Assembly: GCA_965637545.1 (NCBI GenBank)
Contig: OZ281500.1
Coordinates: 12,772,001-12,836,000 of the forward strand
Reading direction: 5' to 3'
Length of the DNA: 64,000 nt
DNA from: Phallusia mammillata
Lineage: Eukaryota
Shown here piece by piece: positions 1-12,200 of this stretch. Position 1 is the first letter of the stretch, and the number at the start of each line of letters is the position of its first letter. The notes under the pieces are model-generated. The model saw only the letters and a list, made by a program, of their open reading frames with translations. It was not told the origin of the DNA and ran no database searches. The position numbers were made by a program, and so were the translations under genes.

Positions 1-399
1 ATCAATACCTTGGGAGGAAATGGACACCACCAGGTTCTTTGTCCCATTAAGCACAACGATGAGCACACTAATTTTTCGGTAAACTCATCAAAGTCCCAGC
101 ATTGCGGGAATGACTTGAATTGTAAGAAATGGGAAAAACAGCTATTGCATGATAACTCAAGCTGCTAAAATATACGTCAATCTTTATGGATCGCGAATCC
201 TTCTCGAGATAATGGTGAAGGAACCATTATAAAAAAAAGAATCAAAAACGTTTAAGAACCACACTGTTCTAAATAATGATGCATCAAACCAAGCAAACCA
301 ATTGTGACGCCACACTAACCTTCAAAAGCATTCAGCTTTCAGACAAAAAGTGGTGTTACAGCAGGATATACCATACCCTTATCTTAGTTATGAGGTTTT

Positions 400-2367
400 T
401 CCACTGATCTCTGTAAACCCTGGATTGTGCTACTCCGTTGAACGGTTGGGTGATTTTTGAAGCAAATTGAAGCGTAATGGCGGCTGCAAAAGGAAGCCCC
501 AAAAATGCATTGCGGGCAATGGGGAGAGAGTGGAAAAATGTCGATAAATTTTGTTTTAAGCAATTTTATAGCGATTTTTGCAGATATGATTTGTAGTTTA
601 ATAGGACGCATGTATTCCAGTGTGTAATAACCTATAAATATGCGTAGATTGACTGTGAGGTGTTTGTATGTGTACTGGAATTAAAACGTTTTTAAGTTAG
701 TGTTGAAATAAATCTATACTGAGTTGTAATAAATGTTTTTAGTGCAATATGAGTAGTTTACATGCGTTCCTCTATATTTAAGACATAAATCCAACAAGAA
801 TGGCTCTTTCCTTCACACATGATGATCTGATACTTAATTTAACATCATCTTGTGCTGATCCAAACTGCTGTTTTTGATTGTCACCAAAGTCTTGGAACTA
901 AAATAAGACTGTTGTAGTAGGTTCAACATTATTTTGCTTGTATACTACAAACTGTACACCAAGTATGCTCAAAATTTTTTTAGCTTATTTAATGTAACCT
1001 TTTCAGTTTGCTACCAACATGTGTAGAATAAATTTTTGGTAAAATGTTTCGAATTGTCAAACTTAACTAAACTCCAAAATCTCAAAGAGATACATGTACA
1101 TAAATGCATTTAAGACCTCACACCCGAATGAAATGCCTTTTTATGTACTATTTTACTCAAAATCTTGTTTTATTTCATTTCCATTCAGTGAGCAATTTTC
1201 TGCAAAAAACATGCCTACACAACATTCCAACACTTAAATTCTTCCTTGCAAAAAAGGAATGAAGGCAATGATTACAAATTATGCACTATATAGCCAAGTT
1301 CGTACAGATATCCTGCATTTATTGTCAGATGCATCACTATTATTGGTGATCCCATTATAACAGATAGTGCATTCACCAGATATAAAAAATCTAAGTTGTT
1401 AATTAAGTTTAAAATGTGCAGTATATCATGTTACAGGCTATGCTTCAGAAATGATTACAAAACATACACAGTGCTAGTAAAACAGTATAAACAAATAAAA
1501 TATCTAATGTAATTCCAATTCCTTCATAGTGTATTTGTTGCAGAAAAAGGTCGTACTGTAATCCTGCAGTGCCATAAAGCTTGAGGTTTTTTGAGAGACT
1601 GAAACATTTTCAGTGGAATTTTTCCTGAGACAATTAATGTTGCTTATTGGAGAAACATAAACCCTATTGTATCTGAAATGTTCAGAAACAACTTCATGAG
1701 AAATTGAGAATTGAAAATTTTTATAATATAACCAATTTTATAATAGATAATAAACACCCAAATCAAATGCACTCAATCAAGAAAAACAAATCAAATACTG
1801 TTAAAAATATTTTGAGCAAAATAGTTGAAATAATATATTATTATTTTGTGTTTTTCTTTAAAACGTTCAAATCACTTGTTCCTTAGAATTTCCAGGAGTT
1901 TGATGACAGTCAAAAACCAGCAGTTTGGATAAGCAAGGTAATGTCATACAAAGTATCACATCATTTTGTGTGGAGAAAATAGCCATCTTGTTGGATTTAA
2001 GTCCAAAATACTTAAAAAAGCACGAACATTACTTATATTGGACAAAAAAACATTTATTACTGCTCAGTAAAGATTTATTTCAACACTAACTTAATAACGT
2101 ATATCCAGTACACCTACACTAATACACATCACAGTCAATCTACGAATATTTATAGGTTATTACACACTGGAATACATGCGTCCTATTAATCTACAAATCA
2201 TATCTGCAAAAATCGCTATGCAAATGCCTAAAACAAAAATTATCATCATTTTTCCACTCTCTCCGCAATGCATTTTTGGTGCTTCCTTTTGCAGCCGCCA
2301 TTACGCTTCAATTTGCTTCAACCGTGACGGCCAGTAGCGCGATCCAGTGTTTATAGAGATCAGTGGG
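400..2367. repeat. Degenerate inverted duplication; arms ~400-990 and ~1795-2367
   Basis: 400-680 matches the reverse complement of 2103-2367 (e.g. gaagcaaattgaagcgtaatggcggctgcaaaaggaagc). 690-780 matches rc 2010-2100 and 784-900 matches rc 1888-2005. Substitutions and small indels are present. Confidence 0.85.
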
Positions 2368-2624
2368 TTCGTATTTGTCTCTCCTTTCATTGCCAGTCTC
2401 CGAATGAGTGGTAGATTCTTTTCCGTGTGTTAAAAACGGTAATGTTTCGATAAATATTCGTTGACGCAATAATTAAACAACACCAGTCTTGTTTGTTTCA
2501 AGCCTAAGCCACCTAATTAATAAATGGGCTTTGGTCAAACCGAAAATAGGCACGTCAATAGTTCTAATGCGATCTGCGTAATTAAACAAACGTAAATTTC
2601 TATGTCAAAATTTTTTGTTACTTT

Positions 2625-2684
2625 ACTGGGGAAAGTCCCCACATTTGCGTTTATGTGGGAAATAAAGTTGAGTTGAGTTGAGTT
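2625..2684 (+). mobile_element. Possible 3' remnant of an L2-like LINE/SINE
   Basis: Short stem-loop (cccaca...tgtggg), then AATAAA at 2661 and a (GTTGA)n tail, resembling L2-type 3' ends. Confidence 0.35.
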
Positions 2685-3271
2685 AATTCTTCTGAAAACG
2701 TGTGTTTACTTGTGAGGTAGGTAAATACAGACGTTCAATGTTGGAGGCGGGTTTAGCATTCATCCAAAATTCCACTGAGCGTTGAATTTCTGTCAATATT
2801 GTCCGTTTCTAAATGAAAACTTGAAGCTGATCCATTTCATTCAAAATTCTGTGCAAAAACAATATTTGTGACAGCTGTTTTGCTCTGTAAAAAACACGGG
2901 CATTGCGTTGCACATTTTAAAAAAAAATGTGCATTTCTGGTTAGCTTAACTCAATTAGGAGTTTTTGTTGATAATGGCAATATTAAACCTGCCTAAAAGG
3001 CTTCTTACAAATCTCTTTAATACACATGTAACTTTACCAAAAATAAAAACTTATATGAAAGTGTGTAATTATTGTTTGCATGTTTTGAATTCAATGTGAC
3101 AAACACATAGAGAGAGAGATTATTAAAAAAAATGTTTCAGGTTCAAGTAGCTTAAACACAGGAATGCCAATTTGAAATTCTGGGCTTTGGTGTGTAAATA
3201 TTGGAGTCATTTTCATACATATGTTTAAACCCAATAGGTTGTGGAATGTAGGTAGAAGTTTGCTACTTACT

Positions 3272-6200
3272 ATGTCACGCCGTGGACGGTACCGAGGTAA
3301 GTTTTTTAAAGGTAGTTATGAAGCTCATTCAAGGCACCAGTGATGCTCCCTTTCTAAAGAATGTGACTAATGCAGAATGTAAATGAAATTTACCCAATAC
3401 TGGTCAAGTAAGCTAAGCCCACACCAAAATCTTAAAACAGCAGCTTTCACCGACAATTAAACGAATGGATTACTGTCGTTTATCTTTTCTTGTTTATGTT
3501 ATAGCGAGACCTTATTTATATGAGAATTGCTGGTACTGTTGTTTAAATGACAAAGACAAACAACCATCTTGCTAAAACCAACTTCAAAAATCGATTGAAA
3601 AATTTTGGCACCCGTATTATTAACATGTATTGTTTACACTTTTTTAATGATGACATAATCACTACAAAATGTTTACTGAATTGGCAATCTGGTTTCCAGG
3701 TTAATCTGTACAAAATTTTACTAAAAGTAATTAACATAAAACAAAAACTTTTTTACACATTACAAGGTTCATTTCAAAAAAGAGGCTATCACGAAGATCC
3801 ATTCAGTGACTTTAAACCTGGGTCATCCAGAGGACAGAGACATAATCGTGGGTCATACAACGAACAGCGTCAGAAGTCAGAGTTTGATAGTTTTGAGCCA
3901 AGGTCATCTAGGGGCCCCAGACATGGAACAAGGAGAGGTCGTGACATAGGAATGTTTTATGCTCAAAAAAGTCGAGCGAGAAAAAAGGACGCAGAAAAAA
4001 ACAATGTGTGTATTTACTTTATGAATGATATTCAGCTTAATTAAAATCGACTATGACAAAAAACTTCAAACATTTGTTTTTCTTATGTTCTCTTTTCAAT
4101 TAATTTTAACACATCTAAATCCAGTTTATCTTGTGTTTTGGGTATTTTACATTTGCCAAAAAAGTCTGTTTTATAGTAGTTGACAATATTTGTTTTCTTA
4201 AATAATATTCAAAAACTGGCTTTAGATTGCTGTTGTGGAAATGAATCACAAACAGATGGGTGCTGCACAACATGCTTTGCAACAGGTCGAATTAGCTTCC
4301 ATGTAAGTATGAAGGAAAGTACAGACTATGGTAATGGGCAAAACTTTTAGGCTATTACATTTGCACCAAGGCTTTTGTTTCACCAACGGCTTCCAGTGTG
4401 CCCATATTTTTTTAACTTTCAATGATACAGAAATACGATTTTTATCATAATATCTAATCATGGCGAAAGTCTAGTTTATCTTTATCTACTCATTTAAATT
4501 TTATTGTTTGTTGATAATGTATAATTGCTCATGTTAATCTAATTTATCTTTTTGTTTCATCTGGGTTCAGGTTTGATCAAAAGCAGACACATTCAGACCA
4601 CATTGCAGTTGCCAAGGTAGTTTGGTTTTATAGATGTTGGAAAATATATTTTCACCTTATTTGATTTTCTTAAAATTGTTTGTAATACATGTCTAGGGTA
4701 CCATTTTGTAAATGCCAAAAGTTTTAAAATAATCTTTGCCAAAAAAGTGAAACATAGTAAACATTTGCTAATATGTACTGAGTTCCCCCAATCCAAAGAA
4801 AACTTTAGGAACAAATGATTTGTAATGTTTTTCTTACTGCTTTAATTTATCTGGAATATTTTTTCCCCCGGGGAAAAATCTGGAGAAAGTTTGCTCTTTT
4901 TTTCCATTTGACGGAAGCAACTTTATACAATAGGTCATGTTGCTTCAATGCATACAATATACAACATTATAACTTGTGGACACTGTTGGCTAACTGACAT
5001 TGTTACCACATATAAGATGCAGCGGTGAACTGACATATTTGTTATGGTTAATCGACTGTGCCATATTAAGAAGTGAAATTATAGTTTGCAACAAACTTTA
5101 CACACCAAGAATAATAAAAAAAAATATTTTAAGAAGTTTGCAACTTCAATGTGATGGAGTAAGATATCCAAATCTAGATTAATTGGATGCTTTTGTAACA
5201 AAGCTGTATTATATTTTAGAAAGATTTGGATGCCGGAGGAAAACAAGGCTTTGAAGATAAAAGTTGGTTTCAATTTAAAAAAAGTTTTAAATCTTTGAGG
5301 TCAACTTAACTTAGACCCAATTTTGTCAAAAGACTACACTTTGCAAAAAAAACTGTGTAATGATGCTTAAAAATACTGTTGTTATGCTACAATCTGCACG
5401 AAACAAAACAATATTTTAATGGGTCCCCTTCCCTGAAGGGGACACATATTGATTTTACTCGAATTGTTTGTTTGTTTTTTCTTTTTTTTTCTTCCTTTTT
5501 TTTTTCTTCCCAAAGTTTGTCCGACTCGTTTTTCCATCAAATGTTTGATGGATTTGGCTGAAATTTACACAGATGGTAGATATAGTTATGTAGATGTGCA
5601 TCCCACTTTGTTTTTGTTGATAACCCCAGTATTTACCCCGCTCGCCCCCTAAAATGGGTGTGTTTACCCAAAGTTTGTCCGACTCGTTTTTCCATCAAAT
5701 GTTTGATGGATTTGGCTGAAATTTACACAGATGGTAGATATATTCATGTAGATGTGCATCCCACTTTGTTTTTGTTGATAACCCCAGTATTTACCCCGCT
5801 AGCCCCCTAAAATGGGTGAGTTTTTAAACTGTGTCAGAATTGGCTGAAATTTGGATTTCTTGTATAGTATGCCATTTATAGGTGTCGATTGTTGTGTTCA
5901 ACCCTGTAGTCCTAACATTTACCCCACAAGCCCCTAAAGTGTAAAACGTATTTGTATGTTACTGGGCACCACAAACGAAAGATTTCTTTGGAGCAATAGT
6001 GTTACAAGGGCAACCAGTTGTATGTTGCTCGTTGGTGGGTTGCTTGGTGGTCGTTTTTGCGCCATGGCAGTTAGGGGCTTGTTAACAGCCCTATGACGTC
6101 AGAAACGGTTGTTGCTCAAAACACCTCTAGTGGTCGAAATTTTAAACATTGGCGGATTGGGCTGAAATTTTGCAGTACTATTGATTGAGTCATTGTGGTT

Positions 6201-9200
6201 TTTATATATTTTTTAGTTTGTGTGTCGAACCCAATTAGTTGCCCTACTAGCCCCCTAAAATGGGTCAGTTTTTTAAAACGTTAAATAGGACATACTTCAA
6301 ACAATATCTGGAGTGAATTTAATTTTATAGTTTGTATTCTACATAGTATTATTATTTAAGCCCAGTGCCGATCACTGTGTTTTACCTTACAACACCCGAC
6401 TTTCTCATGGTTATCTCTTGAATTGCATTATTTTCAACTTTGCATGTGTGGGGACCCATAAGTTTTTGCCTGCAGAAACGACTAAAGTTATAAAAGACGA
6501 TGGCTAATATGGGACCCAATACAAAATAAGCGTAGGAAATATATTTATGTTTTAAAATAGGTTATAGTGTATATGCAAGGGCAATATGTGCTAAGCCACC
6601 CTTCTAGTTTATACTGACATTTAATTTGCAATGAGTTTATTAGATTAACCAAGCATGTTGTTGAGCAGTCTTTTTAACGTTGCAAATCTTGTTAAAAACA
6701 GAGTATTCATGGTTTCATAACACCAACAGCAACACAGATTTAGACAATCAACTGTTTGAGGAGTTTTCTAAAAAGAAAACATCTAAGTTACACAATAAAA
6801 TGCAGACCATAAGACAAAGATTACCATCACACAAAATACAAAAGGTAAAAACCATTTAAATTTGTTGCTAAAGTTTGGTTCGGAAGAAGTGCTTTAAAGT
6901 GTACATTCATATGCGATAGATATAAAACCTAAAGTTGCTCCATAAATTACGGGACCCCAAACCGATAAAATTAAAAAAAAGGGCATGGTACATGACATAG
7001 GCGTAGAGTGTTTAAAAATATATATATGGGGTGCGACTTTTTATCATTGGCGCCGATAATAAACGCTGTAATACATAAGCAGTATTTGTACTCATATGTG
7101 ACCAAATACTGATACCTTCTACGGGGTTTAGCCTGTAGTTTTTATCACATTAAGGTCCAAAGCAGTTGCTAACTTTTCTTTTTTAGGTATTGCTTATTCA
7201 AGTTATAAAGCTTTGGTTTAAAGAAATAATACAATCCTTGCTTTTTATCAATTTGTCTTTGCAAAAAATGATATTTCTGTTAAAAATTTGCATGTACCTG
7301 GTGTAGGGCACCCATTCGTTTCTGCTTGCAGAAACAAAAACATTGTTAAAGGCCGTGTCAAGTAAGCGATCTAATTAAAATTACATTTGCAAGTATGGCA
7401 AGTAATTTTTCTAGTTTTGTATGTGATTTGGATAAATGTTTGCTGAATTTACTGACTTATCTTTACAGGAACTGATAGACCTGATCAACTCCAATCAAAT
7501 TGTAGTTATTAGTGGAGAGACTGGGTGTGGGAAAACTACTCAGGTAAAATTAAGTTTAAATCAGCTAAAGATCTTTCTTTTATGTACTTATATGGACTTT
7601 TTGTCACCACCACCTATCAAATTGCCATCTCTACATGTTATCTGTGACATAACTACATGCGTCTGAGATTCCCCTTTCTGCTAAGTGCTTAAATAATCCT
7701 GGTTTCAAGTTTAGTTAACAACCTGCTCTAATGATGAAAACAGTCATTGTTAAAATGTCTGCACTAAAATATGTTTTACAAAAAATCAACTCACAGCAAG
7801 TTTTAGAATAAATAGTTTGTGCTTAGATTCCCCAGTACATCCTTGATGATGCGATTTATCGTGGTGTTGGTTCTTCATGTAAAGTTGTGTGCACACAACC
7901 AAGAAGAATTTCAGCTGTGTCAGTAAGTCTGAGAATTTGGTTATATTGCACATAAACATTTAAGTTAAAATCATCGTAGTATGTTCTCTGTTGATTGTGG
8001 TGTAATGTCACAACATATTTGATCAGAACAGCTGATCCTTACAAATGACAGTAGTAACATATTTGAAAATTGATGTATCTTAGCTGACTATTTCAGCACA
8101 CGTCAGTCTGTGTATTGCTTATTACAAACCACTGTGGATAACGATTTCACCCAATATATTTGAATAAGGACTGGTGATGCCTTATTTAAATCGATATCCA
8201 CAGTGGTTTGTAATACATGTTGAGTGTGCTAAAATTGTCAGCTACTATATGCCAATATATGTAACTGGAATCCTCTGTTGAGCATCTATAGAACAGGACA
8301 ATCCTGTATTAGAACATCTTTATGTTCGAAAATAGTGCCTTAACCATTTTTTATGCCGAATAATTTGTTTACCAACTTTAAAAAAAATAGGTTGCTGAAA
8401 GGGTTGCAAAGGAGCGAGATGAGAGGTGTGGTGAAGGAAACAGTTGTGGATACCAAATTCGATTGCAAAATCGCCTGCCACGACAAAATGGCTCTATTCT
8501 CTATTGTACTACAGGGATACTGGTACAGGTATGTTTCTTACTCCTATTGAAAATAGTGGTTGAGATATTATTAAACTAATGTTGTGCACATTCACTTCAG
8601 ACTTTATAATTACATTTGATGGTTTTTAGTGGCTTCGTTCTGATCCAAACTTGTCACAAGTTAGCCATGTTATTTTGGATGAAATCCATGAAAGAGATTT
8701 ATTATCAGACATTTTGATTACCATCATTAAAGAAATTGCTACCACACGGTAATGCCTTAATTGTTTTTATTTAATTTAACCTAGGCACCAGGGAAATTAA
8801 TTCTGTGCATTTATAAACAAACTTGTTTCAGGAAAGACATCAAAATTATTCTGATGAGTGCTACTCTAAATGCAAATCTTTTTGCTTCATACTTCAATGG
8901 CTGCCCAACAGTTAATATTCCTGGTTTTACTTTTCCTGTAGAGGAATATAGATTGGAGGACACCATGGAAATGATAAGGTTTCTGCAGTATAACACAAAT
9001 CAAGATGTTATCTAAATAAATGTGAATGCCTAAAAGGCTGGTTCAAAATAGTGCTGTGGTTATTAAAATAGTTAAATAGGTGTGACATAGATTGGACTAT
9101 ATTTTTGTTTAGATATCAGCCCACTGATGCGGCATACGATCAGTTTTCTAGATTGATGTCAAATAAACGAGATTGGAGAGAAAGAAGGATTGGTCGAGAA

Positions 9201-12200
9201 GAACGCCAGGCACTACAAGAGGATCGTGAAAATTATGTTAATGAACTGTGGGAATACAATGATGAGCTTCGCAAAACGTATGTTGTTTCTTTCTACGATT
9301 TAAATTTGAAAAACATTGTGAGATTTCACCACCTTTACATATTGGTTGTGTGCCTATCTTATTACTGGCAATACATGTACACATGTTTGTGCATATTCTG
9401 TTCCAATTTTGTGGCAGTTTTTATGAGCTATAAAACAAAAAAATTTATGCAGATACTCTGAAGAATTGAGTGAAGCAATATGCATAATGGATGCATTTTT
9501 GCAAAAAAATATTGATACAACACTGATAGTTTCACTTATAAAACATCTGGTACAAAATCCCCTCTCAGATGATGATGCTGCAGGTGGTGCCATGCTTGTA
9601 TTTCTCCCGGGTTGGGAAGATATTAAAAAACTGAATGAGATGATTACAAAAGACACAGCATTTTTTAAACCACGTAAGTAGTTTGTGTTTTTTTCACTTT
9701 TAAACAGTTTGTAACCCTTTTTTAAGCTTCTATGTGGTTTGGTCCTTCTGCAATTTGTTTTGATGTAAAAAAAAATATTTGAAAATTTTAAATAAGGTTG
9801 TTTGCAGCTACATATGCAATAGATTTGTTTCTGCAGAGACAGGGTGCTCTTCTTACTGTACTAATATTAACATTTCTCTTTTTGGCTGCATAATGACAGT
9901 ACTGATGTTGAATCATTGTCAAAGTTCCAAAAACTATATGTGATAAAAAAAATGGCTCAGCTTGGCCTATCCTTGCCATTCAGAACAATGTTAATGAAAC
10001 AGCATTTTAATTTTAACAGAATGAAAAACAAAAACTGTTTACATAATATGCCTCACTCTTTTACCATTGTGTAACTAGTGTGACAATTAAACCCGTGACA
10101 TAGACAAAGCATTGTTGCTAGTTGAAATAGCTTTGGATAATTTTCTTACCTGCCTTGATTATTGATAATTGCAGACAAATATAGAATAATTCCACTGCAT
10201 TCTATGATGCCCACAACAAATCAACAAGAAGTTTTTGAGCGGCCTCCAAATGGAGTCACTAAAATTGTTATTGCCACAAATATTGCAGAAACAAGGTTGT
10301 AGTTTCAGTTTTTTTAGTATTTGCTAGCAGGGCATTGGACTTGTACATTATTTGGCCTATTTTCAAGTCGTTTAACTTTGCACAAGGCAAAGTCTGACAC
10401 TTATTGATTTTGATAAATTTGTCTTTTATGAAATAAAAACAACAGATTTGCTACAGATGTGTGCACAAAAATTGAACTAAATGAAACCAGGCTTAAACTT
10501 GTTCTGCAAAACTAGCAAAACTAGGGTAAAAATTCTGTCCAATGTCCAATGCCTTATTTGCTAGCACTTAGAGTAGTACTTTCATCAATAAAAACTTGGT
10601 TTACACTTGCTGAACATTTGAATGATGTTGTTTTTGAAGTAGTACCTCAGATTTTTTGAGTTAGATTTTACCTATTTTTAAGATCCCTTGTTTTTAAATT
10701 TGTAGCATCACCATTGATGACATTGTGTATGTAATTGACTGTGGAAAATCAAAAATGAACAATTTTAATTACTCAAAAGATCTAAACACCCTTGGTGCAA
10801 ATTGGTTGACAAAAGCAAATGCAAGACAAAGACGTGGAAGAGCTGGAAGGTATGTATTTGTAAGTATACATGTACACATGTGCATGTGTGCTTTTCCACT
10901 TTCTGTTGTAGAGTTGTTTCTGTCTGTTTTTTTTACTCATTTTAAAACTTTTACAACATGTAGCTGAGATCAAAACATACATGCAGTTAAAGTAAAATAG
11001 CTGTTTATGTGATGGAAATTTGTTGAACTAAATAAAAACTCACACAGATGACAGTAGAAGTCAAGGGTGTTTCAACTGTTTGTTTAACCCAAAAGTAAAA
11101 TGAGAAATAAGTCATGCTAATTTGTAGTCTAAATTTTGGCTTTAGCCCCAGGAGATGTTATGGCCTACTTAAAATGGGACCATTTATGAAAATAGGTATG
11201 TAGAGGGTCATTGTAGTATTTGCCTTCAAACTACAGTATCTTCTACACTAACTTCTGGTTTTGACATGTATGGTACCTATCAAAACATACATAACAACTT
11301 AGAATTCATGGAAGCCATTGGTTACATGACATAGTGTTTATAAAGCTGTGCAGGCTTTTGGTAAATTTTAAATCACAACATGATTCTTTTTATTTGAATG
11401 TTCATTTTTTGTGTTGTGATATTTTATAAAATTAATTTTTAAGTACTTTAATAGATTTGTTAGTAACACAATAAAAAAGTGTACAATTAAATTGTATCAT
11501 CACAAATCCCATCTGTTAAAAGGTGGCATTTCTATCACTTCATGGTAACAGTTTTCTATTTCTTTCAAACTTCATCACTGCAATAAACGGAGTTTGTTGC
11601 ATTGATTTAGAGTACAAGCTGGCTACTGCTTTCACCTGTACACTAAGTTGCAAGAGGAAAAGTTAAGTGAGTTTATGCAACCAGAAATTTTGCGAACACC
11701 ACTTGATCAAACCTGCCTTCAAATAAAGGTATAATTTTGAAAATAAAATGCAAATTTAGGAAAAACCAAAATGCAGACCATGTGCGGCAATTGCTTTATT
11801 TTTATGCTCACTATATTGCTGTGAAAAATCCTTTGGTTTGCAGATTTTACAACTTGGTGGTTTGCATGAATTTCTGGAAAGGGTAATGGAGGCCCCTGCT
11901 AAAGAATCTATTGAATTGTCAATACAAAAACTTACAGCCCTTGGAGCCTTGGACCACAATGAAAACCTGACTCCTTTGGGATACCATCTTGCCAAGTTGC
12001 CTGTACCTCCTCAGATTGGTTAGTATCTAATAGGGATGCCAAAATTGCAAATGTTCTGTTTGGTCGAGCACGCTCGGTGCATTATGACGTCACAAAAAAT
12101 CCCCTTTCTACCTTTTAGCTCTACAAGGCATCTTACGTCACCAGCGGTGTATTAAGCTGTTACAGGCCTCAGAAGTACACGTTTTTCCACAATCTAATAC

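Noticed and set aside
1-170. Open frames on both strands at the window edge
   Set aside because: No recognisable motif and truncated by the boundary; the strand cannot be chosen.
477-596. Short ORF MAAAKGS... and its inverted copy near 2300 as protein-coding genes
   Set aside because: Under 40 aa, differences between the copies are non-synonymous in both plausible frames, and there is no convincing donor.
8152-8167. Resemblance to an ascidian spliced-leader sequence (tatttgaataag)
   Set aside because: Partial AT-rich match inside the loop of a palindromic repeat; no SL RNA gene context.
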